From Bacilli bacterium (GTDB lineage Bacteria; Bacillota_I; Bacilli_A; ML615J-28; CAG-313), in NCBI GenBank assembly GCA_900770645.1, contig CAAGKY010000044.1, positions 1 through 53,854 of the forward strand: 53,854 nt of DNA. Direction: 5' to 3'. Below the pieces are notes generated by a model, which saw only the letters and a program-made list of their open reading frames with translations, had not been told where the DNA came from and ran no database searches. The first letter of the stretch is position 1, and every line of letters starts with the position of its first letter. Shown here piece after piece: positions 44,503 to 53,569 of the stretch. The position numbers and the translations under genes are program-made.

Positions 44503-44893
44503 ATTTTGAAATTTGACTCCTATCAATATTATATTGCCCGATAAGCGGAATAATTTTTAAATACATTTTAGTGATTTCGTCTTGCTGTTTTAACGTAACA
44601 TCTTTAATTTTACTTTGAGCTTCAGCAAAGCTATTTCCTTCAATGTTTATATATTGATATAATAATAATGCATTTGTTAATATAGCGACTTCTTTGTCTG
44701 TTGGAATTTTAATTGTTCTTCCAGCAAAATACGTTAATAATCTAGTTAGATTACTTCCATCTAAAAGATAGCAAATTTCACTCAATGTAGCATACTCTGG
44801 AATGTCTTGCATCTTATACATTAAAAATAACATTAATGAATAGATGTCTGATAGTTGTAAGTTATTTAAGTTCTTTCTAATATTTGTCTTCAT
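44492..44893 (-). CDS. Hypothetical protein, possible Mor-like transcription activator (133 aa)
   Basis: Intact ORF. ATG after AGGAGAA. LTYFAGRTIKIPTDKEV resembles the fGG..iYIP motif of Mor/C-type activators (weak, by eye). Confidence 0.3.
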   Translation of the reverse strand: MKTNIRKNLNNLQLSDIYSLMLFLMYKMQDIPEYATLSEICYLLDGSNLTRLLTYFAGRTIKIPTDKEVAILTNALLLYQYINIEGNSFAEAQSKIKDVTLKQQDEITKMYLKIIPLIGQYNIDRSQISKYDR

Positions 44894-45704
44894 TGTCGTT
44901 ATATTCTCCTGATGGATTAGAAATTAAGTAATCTAGTATTTTATCTTCTATTTGAAGCTCACTATAAAAGTTTATTATTTGATGTTTTAAGCTAGTTCCT
45001 AATTCTGTGATAAATACTCTAATATAATTATTCATTGATTTTGGCAATTTTCAAATTTTGACTGTGACTGGGTCTGCATTTATCCCATTTTTTTCTTTTA
45101 AATTCTGTAGACAGTTTAAAAGTATAGAAATCTTAATTTTCTTATATTCTGGCGAATCATTTCTAAATGGTGATTTTTTCAAAACACTCTCTAAAGTTTT
45201 ATTAAACTCGTAAAATAGCTCAATAACTGATTCTTTGAATTTTTCAGTATTTCTTTGAGATTCTCAAACTTGATCTCGTAAATTCTGTCTATAGGTAAAC
45301 TTATTAAATTCTTTCGCAGCTTCTGATGCTCTTGTCTTAATATTATATTGTGAATTTAAATATTCTAATTTCATCGGATAAAGTAATGCTTTTGTATAAT
45401 TAAGAATTGATTTAATAGGTTTGATTGTTTTTCCCTTAATTACTTTTCCTTCATTCATATAGCTCTTTTTTAGAGCAAAAAATAATCTATTTGCACTTTG
45501 AAGAGCATAACCATCATAGTCACTAAAATTGTCAAACATTCTTTTTTTAATAGCTAATGCTTTAACTAATAAATAAATATAATTATAGATTAAATTTGGA
45601 ACTTCGTCTTCTGGATCAGCATCTACAATCTCAGCAGAATGCGCATCAATATATATGCACAAGTCTGTGTATTTTAAATTATCCGGCTTACGTCACATTA
45701 TCAT
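44877..45704 (-). CDS. Hypothetical protein, possible phage late sigma factor (gp55-like) (275 aa)
   Basis: Track ORF 45264-45662 extended both ways through 3 TGA. ATG 45704-45702 after AAGGAGAA; TAG 44879-44877. LIYNYIYLLVKALAIKKRMFDNFSDYDGYALQSANRLFFALKK looks like a sigma region-2-type helix pair. Adjacent to the gp46/gp47-like genes, as gene 55 is in T4. Confidence 0.3.
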
Positions 45705-45718
45705 TTTTGTAATTCTCC

Positions 45719-47590
45719 TTATTGTTTAGCAATTAAGCTAATTCCAGTATCATCCTTAACAATATTTATTTCTGAATCTATTGAAATATCTAGACTTTCT
45801 GCATGATGCGAAATAATAAATACAGACTCAACATCTTTTAATTTATCTGAGATTAATAAGAATAATCTCGCTGTTGCAACTTTATCTAAGTTGTCAGTAA
45901 TTTCGTCTAATACTAAAATATTAGAACTATAACTAAAATATGTTTGCAGCATGTCTCTAATTGCAAATTGTGTAATAATATCAACTCTTTGTCTTTCTCC
46001 ACCAGAAAGTGAGTCAATAATTTTACCACAATAAGTAATGTCTAATGCATTACCATCTAAATAAATTTCTAATTCGTCATTGCCAAATACTGTTTTTGAA
46101 TACTCTTTAGCTTTTTTATTTATATATTCTACTATATTATACAATAAAAATCCACGAAAATCTCTTTTTACAAGAGTGTCGATTTTCTTAACAATCGCAA
46201 GTCTTTCAGATAAAACTAATAAACTTTTATCATTCATTTCTAATTGATCTGATAGCTTGCTTTTTTCTGCAGTATTAGCTTCAAGCTCTTGTAAATTATT
46301 TTTATAAATGTTGTCCCAAGTATCTTTATCGTAAATTAATTTGTCTTTTTCTCTAGTTTCTTTTACTATTAATTGAGATAAATTTGTGTGAGATAATTTT
46401 AATTCTTGATTTGCTGATCTAGTTGAAGTTATTTCAGAATTTAGTTGTTTAAGTTTTTCTGCGAATTCTTCTGAAATTTGTGCTTCATAAATAGATTTAT
46501 TAGAATTAGCTTTTTCTAATTCAGTACTAAGCTCAGATAATTGTTTATTTAATTCTTCTAATTTTTTCTCTTGCTCAAAAGTATCAGGCTTAGAAATATT
46601 TGGAAGCTTTTGACCGCATGTTGGACAAGTATCTGTGATATTTTTTAGCTTAATAATTTCATTACGCACAAAAGAAATTTCATATTCTATTTTAGTTTTT
46701 TCACTAATAATAGGATCAACTTTTTTATGGTATGCTTCTAGTAAGCATTTATTTTTTTCAGCTTTTTGGTTGTTGACGTCTAATAACTGATTATTTAATT
46801 GAGTTAAAAGATCTTCATACTTAACCATGTCTTTTTCTGCAGCTGCAAGTTGTTCAGAATAAGTATTAATTCTATTTGATATATCTTCAATTTCTTGTTC
46901 AAAATTTGGTTTTACTGCAGAATTAATTTTTTGCTCTAATGCAGAAATCGCAGAGATAATAGAATTAATTTTAGTCTTGATAATTAATGAAGAATCTTCT
47001 ATAGTTCGTTTTTGACCATTTAGAACAGCTAATCTTTCATTAATTCTATTTTTAATATCTTCAATCATAAAGTCTGATTTAGTTAATTTTTCTAATAGTT
47101 CTTTTCTTCCACTAGGACTAAATGATGAAAACTTATTTGGCATTCCTTGACCGATAATTATTGTAGATGAAATTAAGTTTTTATTTAAATCTGGTAAACA
47201 ATCACATAAGATTTTTTCAGATTCTCTAATTCCTTTTCCTGAAATATTTTCACCATTTTTAAATATCTTTAAATCAGATTTAGGTTTATGATATCTAATA
47301 ATCTTATATTCGTCTTTGTCTGCAAAAAAGTCTAGTTCAACATAACATTCATTGCTATCAACTAATACGTTCTTCAAATTAGTTGATAGTCCATTAATTG
47401 TTTCTCCAGTTAAAGCATAACAAATAGCTGTCCAAATAGTTGATTTACCACATCCATTAGACAATGCTCCATCTTTAATATAATTATTTTTTCCAGTTAC
47501 TGCACAAAAGCCTTTATCACATAAATAGACTTCAGCTTCAGCATAGCTGTTAAAATTAACTAATTTTACTTTTTTAAATTTTAATTTCAT
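45719..47590 (-). CDS. sbcC: SbcC/Rad50-like recombination ATPase (T4 gp46-like, 623 aa)
   Basis: Intact ORF. Walker A NGCGKST, zinc hook CPTCGQ within a long coiled coil, signature LSGGERQR, Walker B ILVLDEITDNLD. No TGA, 2 TGG. Confidence 0.85.
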   Translation of the reverse strand: MKLKFKKVKLVNFNSYAEAEVYLCDKGFCAVTGKNNYIKDGALSNGCGKSTIWTAICYALTGETINGLSTNLKNVLVDSNECYVELDFFADKDEYKIIRYHKPKSDLKIFKNGENISGKGIRESEKILCDCLPDLNKNLISSTIIIGQGMPNKFSSFSPSGRKELLEKLTKSDFMIEDIKNRINERLAVLNGQKRTIEDSSLIIKTKINSIISAISALEQKINSAVKPNFEQEIEDISNRINTYSEQLAAAEKDMVKYEDLLTQLNNQLLDVNNQKAEKNKCLLEAYHKKVDPIISEKTKIEYEISFVRNEIIKLKNITDTCPTCGQKLPNISKPDTFEQEKKLEELNKQLSELSTELEKANSNKSIYEAQISEEFAEKLKQLNSEITSTRSANQELKLSHTNLSQLIVKETREKDKLIYDKDTWDNIYKNNLQELEANTAEKSKLSDQLEMNDKSLLVLSERLAIVKKIDTLVKRDFRGFLLYNIVEYINKKAKEYSKTVFGNDELEIYLDGNALDITYCGKIIDSLSGGERQRVDIITQFAIRDMLQTYFSYSSNILVLDEITDNLDKVATARLFLLISDKLKDVESVFIISHHAESLDISIDSEINIVKDDTGISLIAKQ

Positions 47591-47987
47591 CAGAACTCAA
47601 CCACCCTTCAATATTATCTTTGACTATTAGCCAAAAATTATTTATATGTTTACTCATTTCAGCACGATATTCTTCATCAACCTCAGCTTTAGTTTTTGTC
47701 TTGTCTTTTATCTCAACCATATTTTCAGAAATATTATAATAATTATAAATGCAATTATAGTATGCATCATATTCTTGAACTGCTAAACATAAATAGTATA
47801 TTTTTTGATTTTGTGCAGGATCATACTCATTTTCTGTTAAGATATAGTAGTCACGCATAAATCTAATATACGTGATAAAATAGTCTAAGTTATTATTTAA
47901 ATTTTTAAAATTAAACTTATGACATTTTTTTAATTCTTTATTATAAAACTTGTATAATTCTTTAAACTGTTTTTCGAATGAACTCAT
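47574..47987 (-). CDS. Hypothetical protein (137 aa)
   Basis: Intact ORF between the SbcD and SbcC genes. ATG after GGAGAT. 2 TGG, no TGA. Confidence 0.55.
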   Translation of the reverse strand: MSSFEKQFKELYKFYNKELKKCHKFNFKNLNNNLDYFITYIRFMRDYYILTENEYDPAQNQKIYYLCLAVQEYDAYYNCIYNYYNISENMVEIKDKTKTKAEVDEEYRAEMSKHINNFWLIVKDNIEGWLSSDEIKI

Positions 47988-47996
47988 GTATATCTC

Positions 47997-49034
47997 CTAC
48001 TTACAGATTTCAGCTAATTCTGAATCTAGAAGATCGCTTCCAACGATTTTTTCTTTGCAGAATTGAATTAATCTTTGAATATGATCTGTTCCTTGTAATT
48101 CTTCTATTGCGATATCGTCAGAATCAGCTTCAAAATTTTGCTCAAGCACAACTCTTGATTCTATAATCTTACTACCAAGTTCTTGCAAAAAGTCTTTTAT
48201 TTCGAACAACATTTTTTTATTTGTCTTAATAGATAATACTGCATTTTGTTTGACGTTATTGATTTGCTCTAAATTCTCTGCTGTTTTTATTTCTAACTTA
48301 TAGAAATTTAATGAATATGGATTTTCGAAAAAATCAATCTTTAATGTGTCAGTGTCTAAGATCCAAACTCCATACTTATATCTACTAGAATCGTTTGTAA
48401 AATTGTGACCAGAAAATGAACCAACATTTAGAATTTTATCTGAAACCCATTCAGAGTTATGTAAGTGACCATTAAGAAATAGATCACAATTTTCTTCAAT
48501 TTCTTTAATTGAAAATCCAAGCGTACTTTCAAAACCACCATAGTTGATTCCAGCAATATCATTATGAGAAATAATTATATGCTTAGTACAAGAATTATCT
48601 TTAAATAAATAGCTTTTTAATTCTTGCTTGTCAGTCTCTAATACATATGGTAAAAAATGAATTTGTGTGTCACCAAAACCTTGACTGAAATTTGCTTCAG
48701 AAATAATGTGTCGATTAGGTGATTCAATTGCTTTTATTGAGCTATATCGTAAATCTGCAACACTAGATTCATGATTTCCGCAAAGAAAGTAGCATGGTAG
48801 ATTATTCCATGAGATCTTTTGTAGAGCTGTAATCTCTTCGTCATTTAATGTACTTCTATCCATAAAGTCACCAGCACAAATCATTTCTTCACAATTTTCT
48901 TTTGTTGCTAATTCATTTAACCAATTCATACTATTAATTAAAAAGTCTAATCTAGTACTAAATTTTTGTCCTCTTGATCTAACAATTGATGAATTTGTAC
49001 TCCAATGACAGTCTGAAAAAACTAATATTTTCAT
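47997..49034 (-). CDS. sbcD: SbcD/Mre11-like nuclease (T4 gp47-like, 345 aa)
   Basis: Intact ORF. Calcineurin-like motifs FSDCHW, GDFMDR, GNHE, SHND, GHLH. 5 TGG, no TGA. Confidence 0.85.
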   Translation of the reverse strand: MKILVFSDCHWSTNSSIVRSRGQKFSTRLDFLINSMNWLNELATKENCEEMICAGDFMDRSTLNDEEITALQKISWNNLPCYFLCGNHESSVADLRYSSIKAIESPNRHIISEANFSQGFGDTQIHFLPYVLETDKQELKSYLFKDNSCTKHIIISHNDIAGINYGGFESTLGFSIKEIEENCDLFLNGHLHNSEWVSDKILNVGSFSGHNFTNDSSRYKYGVWILDTDTLKIDFFENPYSLNFYKLEIKTAENLEQINNVKQNAVLSIKTNKKMLFEIKDFLQELGSKIIESRVVLEQNFEADSDDIAIEELQGTDHIQRLIQFCKEKIVGSDLLDSELAEICK

Positions 49035-49074
49035 ATCTTCATACCTCCAATTTATATATTAATTTATATACTAT

Positions 49075-49083
49075 ATTATACAA
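49075..49083 (-). promoter_or_regulatory. TTGTATAAT element (-10-like) upstream of sbcD
   Basis: Minus strand TTATTGTATAATATAGTATA, 40 nt upstream of ATG 49034 and directly after terminator 49094-49125. Confidence 0.3.
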
Positions 49084-49093
49084 TAAATAAATT

Positions 49094-49125
49094 AAAAAGT
49101 AGCTTATTTTAACAAGCTACTTTTA
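49094..49125 (-). terminator. Rho-independent terminator after 49129-49704
   Basis: Stem AGTAGCTT/AAGCTACT (49098-49105/49114-49121), loop ATTTTAAC, with flanking A5/T4 runs. Confidence 0.7.
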
Positions 49126-49128
49126 AAA

Positions 49129-49704
49129 TTAATTCAAATAATCTACTGCTAATTCTGCCATCGTAACTAATGTTACTAATTTATAAGTTTTTCTAATATT
49201 AAAATTTTCAATATTAGAATTAGTACTAGAGTATAAAATAGCTTCAACTAATTCATCATTATTTAGATCAATAAATTTTTTAGCTATCATATATGAACTA
49301 AAACTAATATCACCAAAAATAGGTCTAACATCTTTTGTTCGGTAAGATAATATAGATTCCCATTGATTAGTTACTTCATTTTTTACATTTTTTAAATATG
49401 GCTCATACAATTCTGCTCTATATAAATCCTTGAATAGCGCAACTTTTAAAATATCTTGTAATGAATATCTATCTGGACAATATACATCACATAATTTTTT
49501 TAATTCTTCAAATAATCTAATAGTGTGGTCGCATAAACTTCCCTTATAAGAGTATGTTTGATAATTATTATATGGCTTATTAAAATAATCAACTCTTTCA
49601 CTAATAAGATATTTAGTTAGTGCGGTTAAGTCAATATTTAGATTAACTAATAAAGAAATAAATTTACTCTTATTCTCTAAAATTTGGTCTTCAGTTAACA
49701 TCAT
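49129..49704 (-). CDS. Hypothetical protein, weak HD-superfamily resemblance (191 aa)
   Basis: Intact ORF. ATGATG after AAGGAGG. GSLCDHTIRL and VALFKDLYRAE loosely recall the H...HD motifs, with Lys in place of the second His. Confidence 0.3.
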   Translation of the reverse strand: MMLTEDQILENKSKFISLLVNLNIDLTALTKYLISERVDYFNKPYNNYQTYSYKGSLCDHTIRLFEELKKLCDVYCPDRYSLQDILKVALFKDLYRAELYEPYLKNVKNEVTNQWESILSYRTKDVRPIFGDISFSSYMIAKKFIDLNNDELVEAILYSSTNSNIENFNIRKTYKLVTLVTMAELAVDYLN

Positions 49705-49726
49705 TTTTCCTCCTTATTTTTTTTTA

Positions 49727-49918
49727 TTATTTATTAGTTTTATCCCAAACTTTACTAATAACTTCAGATAATGCAGCTAATAACTTAATATTTTCGTCAG
49801 ATAATTCAGTAATCTCTTCTTCTTCAAATGCTTTATTGATGTCTCCAATTATTTTTCCAGCGCGAGTTAAGCTTGAAACTTCTTCTTCTGATAAATTTGC
49901 AATCTTTCTAATTATCAT
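49727..49918 (-). CDS. Hypothetical small protein (63 aa)
   Basis: Intact ORF. ATG after AAGGAGAA. Confidence 0.45.
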   Translation of the reverse strand: MIIRKIANLSEEEVSSLTRAGKIIGDINKAFEEEEITELSDENIKLLAALSEVISKVWDKTNK

Positions 49919-49933
49919 AATATTCTCCTTTTT

Positions 49934-50542
49934 TTATTTTAAATGTAAGCCAAAAAATTCTTCTAATTCAGTTTGGTTCATATCAAAAAATCTTTCAGGT
50001 AAGCCATATGTTTTTTCAAGTTCTCTAATCGATTTACAGAAATCAAACACGTTTATTTCCTGACTTCCAATTTGTCGAATTAGCGCATTACCTCCAAACT
50101 CATAATTAATTAAATATTTGGCATTATGCGCATGACTAGTGTCAAAACTATTGTGCTTAACGTCATACGTTTCATTATTCTTATCTTTAAAATCTGCGAT
50201 TGGTTTACCTTCTCCAGAATGAAAATATTTACTATTTTCGTCTATTCATTGTAGAGATAAGTCTTTTCCACGAGTAGAATTTTTGATTTCAGTCTCTTCT
50301 AAGAAAGCTCTTCCAAAAAGCTTAAAAATTCTAACTAATCAATTACTATGATCGTCTACTCCGGTCGAATAGTATTCATATGTTGGTATAGATGCTTCAA
50401 TTTTTTTGAGTTCATCTAAATAATTTTTTCAATCAACTCAATTATTCTTCAATATTTCTTCTCTATTTTTATTAAAATATTCAACTGTTAAAAATATTTC
50501 TTTTCAAGAGATTTTATTATTTTCCAAAACTATTTTCTCCAT
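49934..50542 (-). CDS. Hypothetical protein (202 aa)
   Basis: Invisible in the track because of 6 in-frame TGA with no TGG. ATG 50542-50540, TAA 49936-49934, both ends in one frame. No convincing RBS; the TTGTATTAT element lies only 23 nt upstream. Confidence 0.45.
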
Positions 50543-50565
50543 TTTACTATAGAATCTTATATAAT

Positions 50566-50574
50566 ATAATACAA
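50566..50574 (-). promoter_or_regulatory. TTGTATTAT element (-10-like)
   Basis: Directly after terminator 50584-50615 and upstream of 49934-50542. Confidence 0.3.
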
Positions 50575-50583
50575 TAAGTTATT

Positions 50584-50615
50584 AAAAAATAGCACCTAAG
50601 AGGTGCTATTTTTTA
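50584..50615 (-). terminator. Rho-independent terminator after the bS21 gene
   Basis: GC-containing stem ATAGCACCT/AGGTGCTAT (50589-50597/50601-50609), loop AAG, flanked by A6/T6. Overlaps the TAA 50615-50613. Confidence 0.85.
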
Positions 50616-50831
50616 ATATTGTCTTCTGTTTTTGTTCTTTTTACGAAGTCTTTTTTGAGCTTCTTCTGATTTCTCACGTCTTTTTACTGACTTAGATTTA
50701 AAATATTCACGTTTTTTGCATTCTTGAATAATGTTGTCATTAAAAACTTGTTTCTTAAATCGTCTAAGAGCTACGTCTAATGCTTCTCTTTCTCCAGTAT
50801 TTTTATCTACATATAAAACAACTTTAGCCAT
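50613..50831 (-). CDS. rpsU: Ribosomal protein bS21 homologue (72 aa)
   Basis: Intact ORF after AAGGAGGAGG. ...[52 protein letters not shown] aligns by eye with bacterial S21 (E. coli ...[44 protein letters not shown]). Confidence 0.85.
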   Translation of the reverse strand: [72 protein letters not shown]

Positions 50832-51762
50832 TATTTTTCACCTCCTCCTTTATTTTGTTATGATAATCCTCTAAAATTTGCGAATGTTTATCTAATCCTT
50901 CTCAATGATATTCTACTTTTCCAAGATCTGATTTGTTTCTAGTATCTCGTTGCCACTTACAAAAATATGGACATAAATATTTTCCTTCTTTTTTAGCATC
51001 AGGATTTGTTGCGCAGAATTCGCACCAGTTACAAAGTGGACTTGGAGAAGGTTCAAAGTTTTGTTGAGATATTCCATCAAAAATTTTTTCTATTTTATCT
51101 GTACCACGCTTCATATAGCCCTTAGTTCCAGCTGATTGAGTTAAATCACATAACGGTAATTGATACTCACAAGAAATTTGTTCAGGCGAACAATTAAATA
51201 TTTGTTGAACAGCTAGATTATAGATTACGAACTGCAATGGTGTAGTTAACTTATCTTTTTCTAATGGGACAGCGAAAGTTTTTATATCTTGAATTAAATA
51301 TTTATTCTCATTTTTGTCATAAAAGACTCTGTCTATAAATCCATTAAAAAGTTTATTTCAAAATTCGAAATTAAATTTTTGTTCAACTCCAACTAATTCT
51401 AGATTTGGGTTATCTCGCATAAACTGTTCTAGTTTATAGATTCCTTCTTCTAAATAGTAATAAGTTTTATTTTCATATGTTCTATCAGATTTGTCTAATT
51501 CATAAAAATCTTTAGAGTATTTTCTCTGTATCTCACTCAATTTTACGATAATATTATTCTTTAATTTTGTATAGTCGATTGGCTCATTATTAGTAATATT
51601 TTTTGCAATAGTCTCCTCTGTTTCGTGAATTAATGTTCCAAACTCAGTTGCAATAGAGCTATTGAAAATATAATTTCCATCGACATATTTTAATTTATAT
51701 TTGAATGGGCATTGTATATACGTGTCTAATTTAGAATACGAAAATTTTTCAATATTAGCCAT
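50824..51762 (-). CDS. PD-(D/E)XK nuclease, Cas4/RecB-like with Cys cluster (312 aa)
   Basis: Joins track ORFs 51358-51762 and 50902-51237 via TGA 51360-51358, then reads through TGA 50904-50902 for 25 more codons to TAA 50826-50824. N-terminal ...YIQCPFKYKL plus C-terminal CNWCEFC...CPYFC form the four-Cys pattern of Cas4-type nucleases. Confidence 0.6.
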
Positions 51763-51850
51763 TATCTATCACCTCCAAAATGTATTTTGGAACCCATAGG
51801 AGCTCCAGGATGAACTTTCCATACTTAGCTATATAGATTTATTTATTAGA

Positions 51851-52759
51851 TTAAAAATTCAATAGAGAGCAAATTATGAACTCATTTAATTCTTTCTTAT
51901 CAAGGTCTAGTTTTCCTAGTTTTAGTTGTTTATCTAAACTAGTTAAAAATTTTAAAGAATTTATAACAGTTTCTTCAGAAATGTCTCGATAATAATACTT
52001 AATAGCATTAACTTGCTTAGGAGTCATTTTTAATTGCTCTACAGTTAATCCACTATTAAAGTTTATGAACAATATTTTTTTATAATTACTAATTAGTAGT
52101 CCAACTAATGAAAAAGGATCAATATCAACGGTGTTGATATGCTGTAGATAATCTGATATTACTAGTTTGTTTCGTTTTAAAATCGCTTCACTAAGACTAA
52201 AAGAAGAAATTTTGTATAAATCAGTATTTTCGTCATATTTTAACTCATTTAAAACTTCTCGTTGTTTATTCCCAGAATATAATCTAATCTTGTCTAGCTC
52301 ATTTTCAATTCGATAAATATCTCCACCAGTTACTTCATATAACCAATTAATTTCTTCATCTTCTAGATTCTTACATACTACTTTCATAAAATCTTTAATT
52401 TGCCAATCTACTAGTTTTGGAATTTTTACAACATACTCAGACAATTGACTTTCAATTTTCTTATCTACTTTATTGCAAATAATGATATTATTTTTAAACT
52501 GAGAATAGTCATTATAAAAAAGATCAAAGACTTCAGTTTTTAAAATATACAAAGTATTTGAAAAATCAAAAACTAATGAGAGTGCTGAATTATCTTGATT
52601 AATTAATTCTTCAACATACTTTTCTTGACAATGTCTGTTTTGGCAGATTTTAGCGATATATTGATTAGCTATAAAAAAATTGTCTTCGCAAACTAGAACT
52701 AAAAAATCATCAGATAATGAATTATTTAAAATATTTTCCTTTAATTTTTTAATATCCAT
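51851..52759 (-). CDS. Clamp-loader small subunit / delta-like (gp62-like position, 302 aa)
   Basis: Intact ORF. TAATG overlap with the AAA+ clamp-loader gene. Function inferred from position next to the gp44-like gene. 2 TGG, no TGA. Confidence 0.45.
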   Translation of the reverse strand: MDIKKLKENILNNSLSDDFLVLVCEDNFFIANQYIAKICQNRHCQEKYVEELINQDNSALSLVFDFSNTLYILKTEVFDLFYNDYSQFKNNIIICNKVDKKIESQLSEYVVKIPKLVDWQIKDFMKVVCKNLEDEEINWLYEVTGGDIYRIENELDKIRLYSGNKQREVLNELKYDENTDLYKISSFSLSEAILKRNKLVISDYLQHINTVDIDPFSLVGLLISNYKKILFINFNSGLTVEQLKMTPKQVNAIKYYYRDISEETVINSLKFLTSLDKQLKLGKLDLDKKELNEFIICSLLNF

Positions 52760-53556
52760 TATCTAATTGCCTCCTTTAATTCTAGTAAAAAATTAATCAT
52801 AAAATTCTCTTTATTTAAAGACTTAATTTGTAAATCTTTAATATAATTAGATGTAAATAAATAAATTTTTAGTGCTAACTCTGATTGGTCAAATAAATAT
52901 TTTTCAAATGCACAATGAAGCAGCATATTAAAAAACATTTTAAAATCATACTTATCATAATCTTCTTTATAATTAATCTTAGCAGAAATAGATGTAGTAT
53001 TTGCAATAGATGCGTAGGTCAATTTATTAACAATATTTGTGCATAATGAATATAATTCATCAAGTCTATTGGTGTCCAAATCTATAATTGCGCCTGGAGT
53101 TTTTGCAACAGCATAAACTAAATCCGTAATTGGATAATTTGTTTGCCATTCTAGTTCTTGTAATTGCTCCTTAGTATATGGTTCTAATCTATATTTTATA
53201 CATCTATTTAAAATAGTATCTAATATTCCAATTTCAGATTCAGCTATTAAAGTGATATACACATTTAAACTTGGTTCCTCAATTAGTTTTAAAAATTGAT
53301 TTTGCTGTTTTTCAGTAAACTCATTTACGTCAATTAAATAAATTTTTTTACTAATTGATTGTTGGTACTCAATTATTTTTTCTGAGTCTATTTTTTCAGA
53401 TACGTAAACAACTTCTAAATCTAATCTATCTGCTAGATTTTTAATAAGTGTCTTTCTACCACTTCCTGTTGGTCCTAAAAATAGAAGACTTTTAGGTAAA
53501 GTATCTAATGAATAATTGTTTAGTTTTTCAATTAGTTTAGTTTGTCCAATTAACAT
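52759..53556 (-). CDS. AAA+ clamp-loader subunit (gp44 / DnaX-HolB-like, 265 aa)
   Basis: Intact ORF. Walker A GPTGSGRKT, Walker B-like IYLIDVNEF, sensor-1 region ITLIAES, then ILNRC (SRC-type motif). Confidence 0.7.
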   Translation of the reverse strand: MLIGQTKLIEKLNNYSLDTLPKSLLFLGPTGSGRKTLIKNLADRLDLEVVYVSEKIDSEKIIEYQQSISKKIYLIDVNEFTEKQQNQFLKLIEEPSLNVYITLIAESEIGILDTILNRCIKYRLEPYTKEQLQELEWQTNYPITDLVYAVAKTPGAIIDLDTNRLDELYSLCTNIVNKLTYASIANTTSISAKINYKEDYDKYDFKMFFNMLLHCAFEKYLFDQSELALKIYLFTSNYIKDLQIKSLNKENFMINFLLELKEAIR

Positions 53557-53569
53557 TTGATCACCCTAT

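Noticed and set aside
990-50063. All plus-strand ORFs in the track: 990-1268, 10284-10466, 10581-10922, 15398-15769, 17880-18092, 18360-18584, 18763-19059, 19948-20181, 21822-22010, 23626-23970, 31249-31443, 33289-33474, 34973-35155, 35962-36384, 36988-37173, 37137-37364, 38587-38898, 38637-38882, 39274-39501, 39470-39685, 41131-41388, 43240-43563, 43980-44198, 47978-48166, 49836-50063
   Set aside because: Each lies antisense inside a long, well-supported minus-strand gene. Their compositions are low-complexity (Ser/Leu/Phe/Ile-rich), they lack RBSs, and several start at non-ATG codons. They are shadow ORFs of AT-rich coding sequence.
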